The translations under genes were made by a program, and so were the position numbers. The notes below the pieces were generated by a model, which worked only from the letters and a program-made list of their open reading frames with translations, ran no database searches and was not told the DNA's origin. Positions 19,279 to 26,364 of a stretch of 64,000 nt of DNA are shown piece after piece (the first letter of the stretch is position 1; each line of letters opens with the position of its first letter). Location: positions 40,940 through 104,939 of the forward strand of contig DJVQ01000059.1 in the NCBI GenBank assembly GCA_002441265.1, read 5' to 3'. The stretch is from Syntrophaceae bacterium UBA6252. GTDB taxonomy: Bacteria > Desulfobacterota > Syntrophia > Syntrophales > UBA6807.

Positions 19279-19713
19279 TCAATCGGCGTCCCCTGACCGG
19301 AGAAACCGCTCCAGAATCCCCCGCGCTTTTTCCATGTTTTCCGTTGCCCGTGCCGAAAGGGTTTCCCCGTGATCGAAGGATGCCCCCGGGATGGACAGGA
19401 GAAAGGCCCGGGGCGCCCGCCCGTAAATGGCTTCCGTCAGGGCCAGAAGGCCCTCGCAGGTCATCCGGTGGGTGAGGGGAAAGGAGGTGTCCCGGGGAAG
19501 GAGGGGGAGCAGCTCGGCGGCCTCGCCCTGGAGGGAGGCGTCGACGAAAACGACCCGTTCATAATCCAGGATCGTCTCCGCCAGTTCGGGAACCAGCTCC
19601 TGAACGGCAAGGCGGCTCACCCCGGGGAAGGACACGAGATCGACGCATTTCGGGCCGACCCCGTCGTCCTCCCGGTAGATGTTGCCGATTCCCAGAAGAA
19701 GCGTCTCCGTCAC
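19279..19713 (-). CDS. hoxW: hydrogenase maturation endopeptidase (HoxW/HycI family)
   Basis: It has the N-terminal LLLGIGNIYREDDGVG motif, and its start overlaps the large-subunit stop (ATGA). Confidence 0.8.
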   Translation of the reverse strand: MTETLLLGIGNIYREDDGVGPKCVDLVSFPGVSRLAVQELVPELAETILDYERVVFVDASLQGEAAELLPLLPRDTSFPLTHRMTCEGLLALTEAIYGRAPRAFLLSIPGASFDHGETLSARATENMEKARGILERFLRSGDAD

Positions 19714-21134
19714 GCCCGTTCCCGCGAGGCGACGAAGGCGCCCTCATGATCATACACTTCAACGACCACGGGCATTTTGCCGATGGCGTGGGTGGAGCAG
19801 GACAGGCAGGGGTCGTAACAGCGGATGGCCCCTTCGACCCGGTTCAGGACGCCCTCTGGGATGTCGTGGCCCTGGATGTATCCCCGGGCGACGTTGTCCA
19901 CGGCCTGGCTCATGGCCCAGTTGTTGTGCCCCGTGGCGACGATGAGGTTGGCCTTTTTGACGGTGCCCCGTTCATCCACCCAGTAGTGGTGGAAGAGGGT
20001 TCCCCGGGGGGCTTCGATGACGCCGATCCCTTCCTCGTTCGTGACCGGTCCCGGGTTCAGAACGTCCCTGGAGAGGATGTCCCCGTCCTCCAGAATTTCC
20101 CGGGCCCGTTCCAGGGCGTACACCGCTTCGATGAGCCTGGCGTAGTGGTAGTAGACGGAGCTTTCCACGGGCTTTCCGCCGTTCATGGTCTTGAACTTCG
20201 AGAATTCTTCCTGTGCCAGGGGCGTGCCGATCCGGTCCGACGCGTTGAGCCGTCCGAGAGGCCCGACCCGGTAATGTCCTTCCGGGTCCCCCAGGGGTTT
20301 GAAGTAGGGGAACTTCAGGTAGCTCCAGTCGTCCACCTTTTCGGCGATGTGGCTCAGGTAATATTTTCCGGCGAATTCATCGAGGACCCGGCCGTCCCTG
20401 CCCGCCATGCGGACGATTCCGTCGTAAAGCTCCAGGGTCCCCCCGTCCTTCACCAGTCCCATGTAGGCCGAGGGGAAGGCCGCGAAGGCGTCGCACTCCT
20501 CTTTGTGCGCCTCGATGAAGGCCAGGATGATGGAGACCCCTTCCCGGATGTAGGCGATCATCTCGTCCACCTGTTTCAGGATCCTGTCCCGGGACTCCGG
20601 TGACAGGGAGGCGTTCACCCCCCCGGGAATGGCGAAGGAGGGGTGGATCCTCCGGCCCGCCACCTCCTCGATGATCGTCTGGCCGTATTTGCGGAGTTTC
20701 ACCGCCTTGAGGGCCAGTTCCGGGTTGGCCCGGACAAGGCCGACGACGTTCCGGATGGCGGGGTCGGCGTCCCAGCCCAGGACGAGGTCCGGTCCGGCGA
20801 GTTCGAAGAAGTGCATGGCGTGGGACTGGATCATCTGTCCCATGTGGATGAGTTCCCGGAGAAGCGCCGCCGTCCGGGGGACGGGGCGTCCCAGGATTTC
20901 ATCGCAGGCCTTGGCCGCCGCCAGGTGGTGGCTCACGGGGCAGATGCCGCAGATCCGGGGCGTGATCATGGGGAGTTCGTCGTAAAACCGGCCTTCCGTG
21001 AATTTCTCGTAGCCCCTGAACTGGTCCACGTGGAAGTACGTGCGTTCCACCCGCCCCTCATCGTCCAGATGGATGGTCACCTTGGCGTGTCCCTCGATCC
21101 GCGTCACCGGGGAAATGGTTATCTTTTTCGTCAT
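19710..21134 (-). CDS. hoxH: [NiFe] hydrogenase large subunit, group 3 (HoxH-like)
   Basis: It has N-terminal RIEGHAKV, Ni-binding RICGICPVSH and C-terminal DPCLSCSTH followed by a cleavable tail. Confidence 0.9.
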   Translation of the reverse strand: MTKKITISPVTRIEGHAKVTIHLDDEGRVERTYFHVDQFRGYEKFTEGRFYDELPMITPRICGICPVSHHLAAAKACDEILGRPVPRTAALLRELIHMGQMIQSHAMHFFELAGPDLVLGWDADPAIRNVVGLVRANPELALKAVKLRKYGQTIIEEVAGRRIHPSFAIPGGVNASLSPESRDRILKQVDEMIAYIREGVSIILAFIEAHKEECDAFAAFPSAYMGLVKDGGTLELYDGIVRMAGRDGRVLDEFAGKYYLSHIAEKVDDWSYLKFPYFKPLGDPEGHYRVGPLGRLNASDRIGTPLAQEEFSKFKTMNGGKPVESSVYYHYARLIEAVYALERAREILEDGDILSRDVLNPGPVTNEEGIGVIEAPRGTLFHHYWVDERGTVKKANLIVATGHNNWAMSQAVDNVARGYIQGHDIPEGVLNRVEGAIRCYDPCLSCSTHAIGKMPVVVEVYDHEGAFVASRERA

Positions 21135-21144
21135 GATGGCACCT

Positions 21145-21687
21145 CTAGTCGTAGTGGAGCAGCTTTCCTTCCAGCTTCGGCATCCGTCCCTCGAGAAGCT
21201 CGTTGAGGACGTGATAGATCGCGTCCGCCGGCGGGGGACAGCCGGGAATGTAGAAATCGACCTTGACCACTTCGTTGACCGCCAGGACCTTGGGAAGGAG
21301 CTTCCCGAGTTCCGGGGAGGCCGGCGGCGTGCCGTTCACCGTGCTTTCCGTGGAGACGTAGCCCCTTTCAAGGAGTTCCTCCACGGTGAAATAGTTTCTC
21401 ATGGTGTGGATTCCTCCGAAAACGGCGCAGTCTCCCAGGGCGACGATGAGCTTGCATCTCTTCCTGAGTTCCTTCACTTCCTCTTCATGATGATCCGTGG
21501 CCACGGAACCTTCTATGATTCCGATATCCGTCCCCATGGGGGGGATTTTGAGATCCGTGATGGGCGTGGCCGTGAGTTCCAGGCCTTTGCCGATGAGTTC
21601 CACGAGCCGTTCGTCCATGTCCAGAAAGGACATGTGGCAGCCGGAACATCCCTCGCACCAGGTGGATGCAATCTTCACCGTCTTCAT
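21145..21687 (-). CDS. hoxY: [NiFe] hydrogenase small subunit (HoxY-like, NuoB fold)
   Basis: 180 aa with the proximal cluster cysteines WCEGCSGC and GCPP near the C-terminus. Confidence 0.85.
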   Translation of the reverse strand: MKTVKIASTWCEGCSGCHMSFLDMDERLVELIGKGLELTATPITDLKIPPMGTDIGIIEGSVATDHHEEEVKELRKRCKLIVALGDCAVFGGIHTMRNYFTVEELLERGYVSTESTVNGTPPASPELGKLLPKVLAVNEVVKVDFYIPGCPPPADAIYHVLNELLEGRMPKLEGKLLHYD

Positions 21688-21690
21688 GGC

Positions 21691-23355
21691 TCACCTCTTC
21701 TCCGGAGTGGGGGAAAGCAGTTTCGCGATGTCTGCCAGGGGGGCCGGGGGGGTCACGACCGCCGCCCGCGTCAGGAGTTCCCCCTCGAGATTGAAAAGGG
21801 TTCCATTCTTTTCGAAGCCCTTCAGGGTGGGGACGACGACGGCGGCCTTTTTCGTTACACCGTTCTCGTAGGGGGTGAAGCAGACGAGGAAGGCGGGGTT
21901 TCCCACATCGCTCTCCCGTAAATTCCCGCCGAAAAGGAAAACCGTGTCGCCTTTCACGGGGGCGTGTTCGATGCCGTACCTGGCAAGCCCCACGGTGTTC
22001 GTCTCCCCGGGGAGCCAGATCCTGCGGAGGCTCTCCCGTTTTTCGAGGGCTTCTTTTTCCTTGTCGCCGAGATCCCGGTACAGGGCGACGGCCGCGGCGG
22101 CTCCTTCGAGCATGTCGAGGCGGGCCAGAAACGCCTTGGAGGACAGCCGCTCCGCCGGAAGCTTCTCGAAGACCTCCGGGGAACCGTCCACGAGAACCAG
22201 CCGTGCCGCTCCGCTGCGGACCCTTTTCTTGACGAGGGACCCCAGGGCCCCGTATTCCCTGTCCAGATCGAGACGAAACAGGACGAACAGGTCCGCCTCC
22301 CCGAGGTCCTTGATCCGGGCCGTCGACGGAAGCGGCGGCGAGACCGGATGAAGCGAGAAGAGCCTTCCCGGAAAGAGTTCCTTCAGGCGGGCCAGTTCCT
22401 CGTTGTACAGGCTTCCGTCCACGTAAGCCGTTCCCTGGTCCATCCTGGCCGCGAAGAGGTTCAGCGCCCCTTCGAGGGCGATGTCGAGGACTTTCGAATC
22501 CTGCCTGAATTTCGCATTCGTGAGCCGGGTGTGTCCGTCGAAGAGGGAAAGATACCGGCCCGTCCGGCACATGAGGCCGAAGGTGGGCGGAGCGTCCCAG
22601 TCTCCATGGATTTTCACGACCGAATTCGTTTCGGGATTTCCGTGGACGTCGACGGCGCAGCCCACGGGGCACATGTCGCAGGCCATCCGGACGGTTTTGA
22701 TCTGTTCCTTCTTCCCCTGGTAGGCCGAGCGCTTTTCGATGAAGGCCCCCGTGGGGCAGACCTGGACGCAGGAACCGCAGGACACGCAGCTGGAAAATCC
22801 CAGGGGGATGTCCAGGTCGGCGGCGATGAGGGTCCGGTAGCCCCGGCTTTTCTCCGTGAGCACGTTGTGACCGGCCAGGTCCGCGCAGGCCCGGATGCAC
22901 CGCCCGCACAGGACGCAGCGGTTGTGGTCGAGGAGGATGAATTCATGGGAATTGTCGACGGGAAACCGGTTCTCGTAGGTGGGGAAGGTGAAATGGTCCA
23001 TGCCGAACTCGTAGCCCAGGTCCTGGAGCTCGCAGTTCCCGCTCACTTCGCAGTACATGCAGTAATGATTGCGTCCGGTGAAGATGAGCTGAAGAACGAC
23101 TTCCCGGGCCGCCCGCAGGCGGGGGGAATCGGTCACGATCTTCATGCCCCGCTCGGCCGGCGTGGTGCAGGAGGCCCGGACCCGTCCGCCTTCCTCCACG
23201 ACGCAAAGCCGGCACGAACCCCGGGGGATCAGGGCCTTGTGGTTGCACAGTGCGGGGATGTGGACGCCGTGGCTTCGGGCGACGTCGAGGATGGTCTGGC
23301 CCGGGATGGCTTCCACTTCCTTTCCGTTCAAGGTGATGGTGAATTTAGAATCCAT
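21691..23355 (-). CDS. HoxU/NuoG-like iron-sulfur subunit with extended molybdopterin-oxidoreductase-like C-terminal part
   Basis: It has an N-terminal 2Fe-2S motif (C..GSCRLC..ASC), His/Cys 4Fe-4S and 2x[4Fe-4S] motifs, then CDMCPVGC...C (Molybdop_Fe4S4-like). At 554 aa it is about twice the size of a classical HoxU. Confidence 0.8.
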   Translation of the reverse strand: MDSKFTITLNGKEVEAIPGQTILDVARSHGVHIPALCNHKALIPRGSCRLCVVEEGGRVRASCTTPAERGMKIVTDSPRLRAAREVVLQLIFTGRNHYCMYCEVSGNCELQDLGYEFGMDHFTFPTYENRFPVDNSHEFILLDHNRCVLCGRCIRACADLAGHNVLTEKSRGYRTLIAADLDIPLGFSSCVSCGSCVQVCPTGAFIEKRSAYQGKKEQIKTVRMACDMCPVGCAVDVHGNPETNSVVKIHGDWDAPPTFGLMCRTGRYLSLFDGHTRLTNAKFRQDSKVLDIALEGALNLFAARMDQGTAYVDGSLYNEELARLKELFPGRLFSLHPVSPPLPSTARIKDLGEADLFVLFRLDLDREYGALGSLVKKRVRSGAARLVLVDGSPEVFEKLPAERLSSKAFLARLDMLEGAAAAVALYRDLGDKEKEALEKRESLRRIWLPGETNTVGLARYGIEHAPVKGDTVFLFGGNLRESDVGNPAFLVCFTPYENGVTKKAAVVVPTLKGFEKNGTLFNLEGELLTRAAVVTPPAPLADIAKLLSPTPEKR

Positions 23356-23426
23356 GAGGGACTCCTTTCATTGGAAGGGTTCCTGAACTCCCGTGAACGG
23401 GCTTCTTTCCCATATTCCGAACCTGT

Positions 23427-23461
23427 CTTGATAATAAACCGCCTCGAAGCATGTTATCAAG
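23427..23461 (-). promoter_or_regulatory. candidate sigma70 promoter of the hox operon embedded in an 8-bp inverted repeat
   Basis: The minus strand reads CTTGATAA-N19-TTATCAAG. Within it are TTGATA (-35), an 18-nt spacer and TATTAT (-10), about 70 nt upstream of ATG 23355, which has an AAAGGAG SD. Confidence 0.45.
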
Positions 23462-23739
23462 CGGCAATTCGTCCGCCGGAGCAGCGATGAGAAGATGAAT
23501 GGGGATTGTGGAAGAGGAAGCGCGGGAGATGGATCGCCCGGAAAAGCTCGATCAAACATACCCTTCCGCAGTCTCCCGTGTCAACTTCCAAATTTTCCGG
23601 CATCGCCGGTCAGGTGATCCATGCCCGGACACCGCTCCCATGGGCCGGTCGAAAGGCCGATGGGGCATGAACGCGCCGCCGGTGTGAACGATGCACGATG
23701 ATGGCCCCCGGCTTGATCGGACGACGGATCATCCGGTTC

Positions 23740-23760
23740 ATGATATCGGCACGATATCAT
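23740..23760. repeat. perfect 9-3-9 palindrome ATGATATCG-GCA-CGATATCAT
   Basis: Read directly from the sequence. It lies in an ORF-poor stretch of about 480 bp between the hox promoter and the AT-rich islet. Confidence 0.7.
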
Positions 23761-24024
23761 CAGGAAATGAACTTTTGGGGTGGGGCGCCGCCTGAATGAA
23801 CCAGCCGCCGCCCCAGTGTCAAAAGAGACCTTGAGGAATGTGGTCCTTTCTTTTTTGGGAACTCTTGGAAATGCTTGTCAGGAAACACCGTATTGAACTA
23901 TCCGGACCGGGGCAGAAGCAATGCATGGGGGTGACGAACGACATGATGAGAATGTAACGACGTAGTCGATATTTATATCGTAAACGAGTTCATTTTCTTC
24001 CGAAAAGTGGTATTATATAAAATT

Positions 24025-24285
24025 CTACTTTTCTTCTTTCTCTGATTTTTCCATCTTAGGCTGATACTTTAATGAGTTGCACATAACTTCGATCATTTTC
24101 AGAAGATTGTTTTTAGGAACAATTATTCTTGCCTGTTCAACCAGGCCCTCGGGAGCCTGTGTAAGAAATCTCAGAAACATTATATCATCGCTTCTGAAAT
24201 TAAACTGTAAGCTGTCTGCGTAAATAGTTGATAAATTGTTATTATAAATGAGTCCCTTTGCTTCTTTCTTCTTTTCAGCCATCAT
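24025..24285 (-). CDS. DUF3467-like small protein, third gene of the MqsR/MqsA-like operon
   Basis: 86 aa, with a GAGGA SD 5 nt before the ATG and starting 19 nt after the antitoxin stop. The core YADSLQFNFRSDDIMFLRF...ARIIVPKNNLLKMIEVMCNSLKY resembles the DUF3467 pattern as I recall it. Confidence 0.5.
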   Translation of the reverse strand: MMAEKKKEAKGLIYNNNLSTIYADSLQFNFRSDDIMFLRFLTQAPEGLVEQARIIVPKNNLLKMIEVMCNSLKYQPKMEKSEKEEK

Positions 24286-24304
24286 TTGGTCCTCGGATCG
24301 TTTT

Positions 24305-24916
24305 TCAGGAGATGCCTGTTTTCTTTATCAATACAGGGGTATTTCTTGGTCCCTGCATTGCGATGAGTACTTCGTGCCACTCTTTCGGTTCTGTCACCAG
24401 TTTTACAGGGGGCATCCTTTCGAATTCGGCTCCAGCCATAGTCAATGAGGCTTGCGGCAATTTCTTCGCTCGTATTACTTTAATCTCGGCATATATCTCT
24501 TTCTTATCCTGTCTATCGGTCAATGACAAAGGAAACCTTCCGTCTCCGGTTTCCTTGTACTTCAAAACGGATTCCTTTAAGTAAAAGTCACTGCCGTCAA
24601 TTTTAGTTTTAAAAATGAAACCCCTTCTGATTCTTCTGTTCTTGTGTAATGCCTGTCGGCTTATTCCTAGTAATTCCAATGTTTTGGATGCTGATATGAA
24701 ATCCTTCAGCGGGCGTTCTTTTATAAGTTTGTCTTCGATTTGTTCTCTTATTATTTCAATCACTTTCAGAGTATCTACAGGATACAATACATCGACGCAT
24801 TTATCACAGACATAATAATCAACATCAGGAACTTTGTATTTTCCTATGATCTCATCATTCAAATGAATGGTTCCATGTTTCTTGTTGTATCGTCCGTCGC
24901 AATTATAGCAGATCAT
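24305..24916 (-). CDS. MqsA-like antitoxin: YgiT-type zinc ribbon + HTH + long C-terminal extension
   Basis: It has C3-x2-C6 and C37-x2-C40 (a zinc ribbon as in MqsA/YgiT) and an HTH-like segment ASKTLELLGISRQALHKNRR. It starts 7 nt after the toxin stop. At 203 aa it is longer than the roughly 130 aa of E. coli MqsA. Confidence 0.65.
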   Translation of the reverse strand: MICYNCDGRYNKKHGTIHLNDEIIGKYKVPDVDYYVCDKCVDVLYPVDTLKVIEIIREQIEDKLIKERPLKDFISASKTLELLGISRQALHKNRRIRRGFIFKTKIDGSDFYLKESVLKYKETGDGRFPLSLTDRQDKKEIYAEIKVIRAKKLPQASLTMAGAEFERMPPVKLVTEPKEWHEVLIAMQGPRNTPVLIKKTGIS

Positions 24917-24923
24917 ATTATAC

Positions 24924-25247
24924 CTATAACTTTTTTAAGCTGGTTATTATCAGTTTGCCGGAGTCATGAACATAAAATTTCGTATAAATATTTTCTCCCT
25001 CAAAATTTCTGATTTTGTAAACATCCATTAATTTTCTGTTGTTTTTATTTTCTATTGTTATATCAAAGCTGAAGGGGCTCAATCTGAGGTAAACTTTCTC
25101 TATATCCTCCACTTTCCAACGAAAGTCTTTCCATGCCGATTGATGGACGGGCCAAGGAACAACATACTCCTTTCTTCTAATTTTATCTTTAATGTCCTTT
25201 AATCCGTAGTACGGCTTTGGCGTGTTATTTTTCTCGCTTTTTCTCAT
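24924..25247 (-). CDS. MqsR-like type II toxin (mRNA interferase family)
   Basis: 107 aa. YGLKDIKDKIRRKEY and the C-terminal MDVYKIRNFEGENIYTKFYVHDSGKLIITSLKKL align by eye with E. coli MqsR (..QDVYRPRLVTGQVYLKITVIHDVLIVSFKEK). The toxin-first gene order matches mqsRA. Confidence 0.7.
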   Translation of the reverse strand: MRKSEKNNTPKPYYGLKDIKDKIRRKEYVVPWPVHQSAWKDFRWKVEDIEKVYLRLSPFSFDITIENKNNRKLMDVYKIRNFEGENIYTKFYVHDSGKLIITSLKKL

Positions 25248-25260
25248 CTTGTAGCATCAG

Positions 25261-25278
25261 GGTTGACGGTTGTCAACC
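25261..25278. promoter_or_regulatory. palindrome GGTTGAC-GGTT-GTCAACC directly upstream of the toxin gene (candidate operator)
   Basis: It has perfect 7-bp arms, lies 14 nt upstream of ATG 25247, and contains a TTGACA hexamer on the coding (minus) strand. Confidence 0.45.
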
Positions 25279-25425
25279 ATAAAGGCAATGAATGTGTGAG
25301 GGTGTTTATTGAGTTGAGCCCTTCATAGAGGGATAAATCATCCTTTAAAAGATTCTCATATGTCAAGAAATAAGTCGAAAATTGTGATGAATCGGCATTT
25401 TTAGGGATGGAGGGGGCAGATAAGG

Positions 25426-25452
25426 AAAAGGCCCCGCCGTCGCAGCGGAGCC
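25426..25452 (-). terminator. rho-independent terminator after tRNA-Cys
   Basis: The minus strand reads GGCTCCGC-(7 nt)-GCGGGGCC (8 bp including one G.U) followed by TTTTCC. It starts 11 nt after the tRNA 3' end. Confidence 0.6.
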
Positions 25453-25462
25453 TCGTTTTTCC

Positions 25463-25538
25463 TGGAGGCGGCAACCGGACTCGAACCGGTGAATAACGGT
25501 TTTGCAGACCGCTGCCTTAGCCACTTGGCTATGCCGCC
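25463..25538 (-). tRNA. tRNA-Cys (GCA)
   Basis: A manual cloverleaf fold gives acceptor GGCGGCA/TGCCGCC, anticodon loop CTGCAAA, T-arm ACCGG-TTCGAGT-CCGGT and an encoded CCA. Confidence 0.9.
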
Positions 25539-25545
25539 ATAAAAA

Positions 25546-25620
25546 TGGAGCGGGCGAACGGATTTGAACCGTCGACCTTCACCTTGGCAAGGTGACACTC
25601 TACCGCTGAGTTACGCCCGC
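25546..25620 (-). tRNA. tRNA-Gly (GCC)
   Basis: A manual cloverleaf fold gives acceptor GCGGGCG/CGCCCGC, anticodon loop TTGCCAA, T-loop TTCAAAT and an encoded CCA. Confidence 0.9.
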
Positions 25621-25703
25621 GTCACAAAGAATGGGGTACTTAATAATCAAAACGACCCGTCTTGTCAACAGAAATCTTTTCGTCAACGGGGGGCCGCAAG
25701 GGT

Positions 25704-26363
25704 TCATTTCCCGGGGTCTTCCGTCCCCGGCGGCGGCGTTCCGGAGGGGTCGATCTCCATCCGGCGGCGGATGTTCTGGTCGTAAAAACGGATAAAATAA
25801 TCCCCGCCCGACCACAGCGTCAGGACGAGGGCCACATAAAGCACGACGATCCCGACGGCGTGGGCGTTCAGGCCCAGGAAAGGGTAGTGGATCAAAAGGG
25901 CCGACACGGCGATGACCTGGCAGAGGGTCTTCTGTTTCCCGAGCCGGCTTGCCGGGATGATCAGTCCCTCGGAGGAGGCGAAACTCCGGAGAACGTCCAC
26001 GGCGAGATCGCGCATGATGATGAGGGCGACGATCCACGCGGGGATTCTTCCGATGGGAATCATGAGGATCATGGCCGTGTTGACGATCAGCTTGTCCGCC
26101 AGGGGGTCCAGGAATTTTCCCAGAAGGGTGACGATGCCGTATTTCCGGGCGATGTAGCCGTCCAGGAGATCGGTGATGGCCGCCAGGATGAACAGGACGG
26201 CGAGGAAGAGGCTCACCTTCGGCCCCGGCGACAGCAGGAGGAGAAACAGAACGGGAATGATCCCGATCCTGAGGATCGTGACGGTGTTCGGCAGGTTGAG
26301 AATTTCCCTCGCCCGGCTGGACAGGGGGATCCTGTCGAAGGATTCCTTGAGATATTCGATCAT
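25704..26363 (-). CDS. pgsA: CDP-diacylglycerol--glycerol-3-phosphate 3-phosphatidyltransferase
   Basis: It has the CDP-alcohol phosphatidyltransferase motif DLLDGYIARKYG...GKFLDPLADK and the LPNTVTILRI N-terminal helix. Confidence 0.85.
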   Translation of the reverse strand: MIEYLKESFDRIPLSSRAREILNLPNTVTILRIGIIPVLFLLLLSPGPKVSLFLAVLFILAAITDLLDGYIARKYGIVTLLGKFLDPLADKLIVNTAMILMIPIGRIPAWIVALIIMRDLAVDVLRSFASSEGLIIPASRLGKQKTLCQVIAVSALLIHYPFLGLNAHAVGIVVLYVALVLTLWSGGDYFIRFYDQNIRRRMEIDPSGTPPPGTEDPGK

Positions 26364-26364
26364 G

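Larger units (their letters stand above)
23940..25425. mobile_element. AT-rich genomic islet 3' of tRNA-Cys (no integrase detected)
   Basis: There is an abrupt visible shift from GC-rich flanks to AT-rich sequence. The islet is bounded on the right by the tRNA-operon terminator and holds three minus-strand ORFs with A/T-ending codons. The boundaries are approximate. Confidence 0.45.

Noticed and set aside
23368-23687. Two small ORFs (63 aa minus strand, 62 aa plus strand) in the non-coding stretch upstream of the hox operon.
   Set aside because: They have no SD and no recognisable sequence features, and they overlap each other and the predicted hox promoter and leader.
25248-25276. TTGACA-17 nt-TACAAG, considered as the functional promoter of the toxin operon.
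   Set aside because: The -10-like hexamer abuts the ATG, so a normal TSS would fall inside the ORF, and TACAAG is a weak -10. The palindrome is kept as an operator candidate, but the promoter assignment is dropped.
23909-25420. An 8-bp direct repeat GGGGCAGA at both edges of the AT-rich islet (23909-23916 and 25413-25420), considered as possible att or target-site duplication.
   Set aside because: An 8-mer shared between two boundary zones of about 100 bp is not unlikely by chance, and the flanking bases do not extend the match. I note it only as something to test and do not claim it.
25401-25598. A 65-aa ORF on the minus strand.
   Set aside because: It is entirely explained by the tRNA-Cys and tRNA-Gly genes and their terminator.
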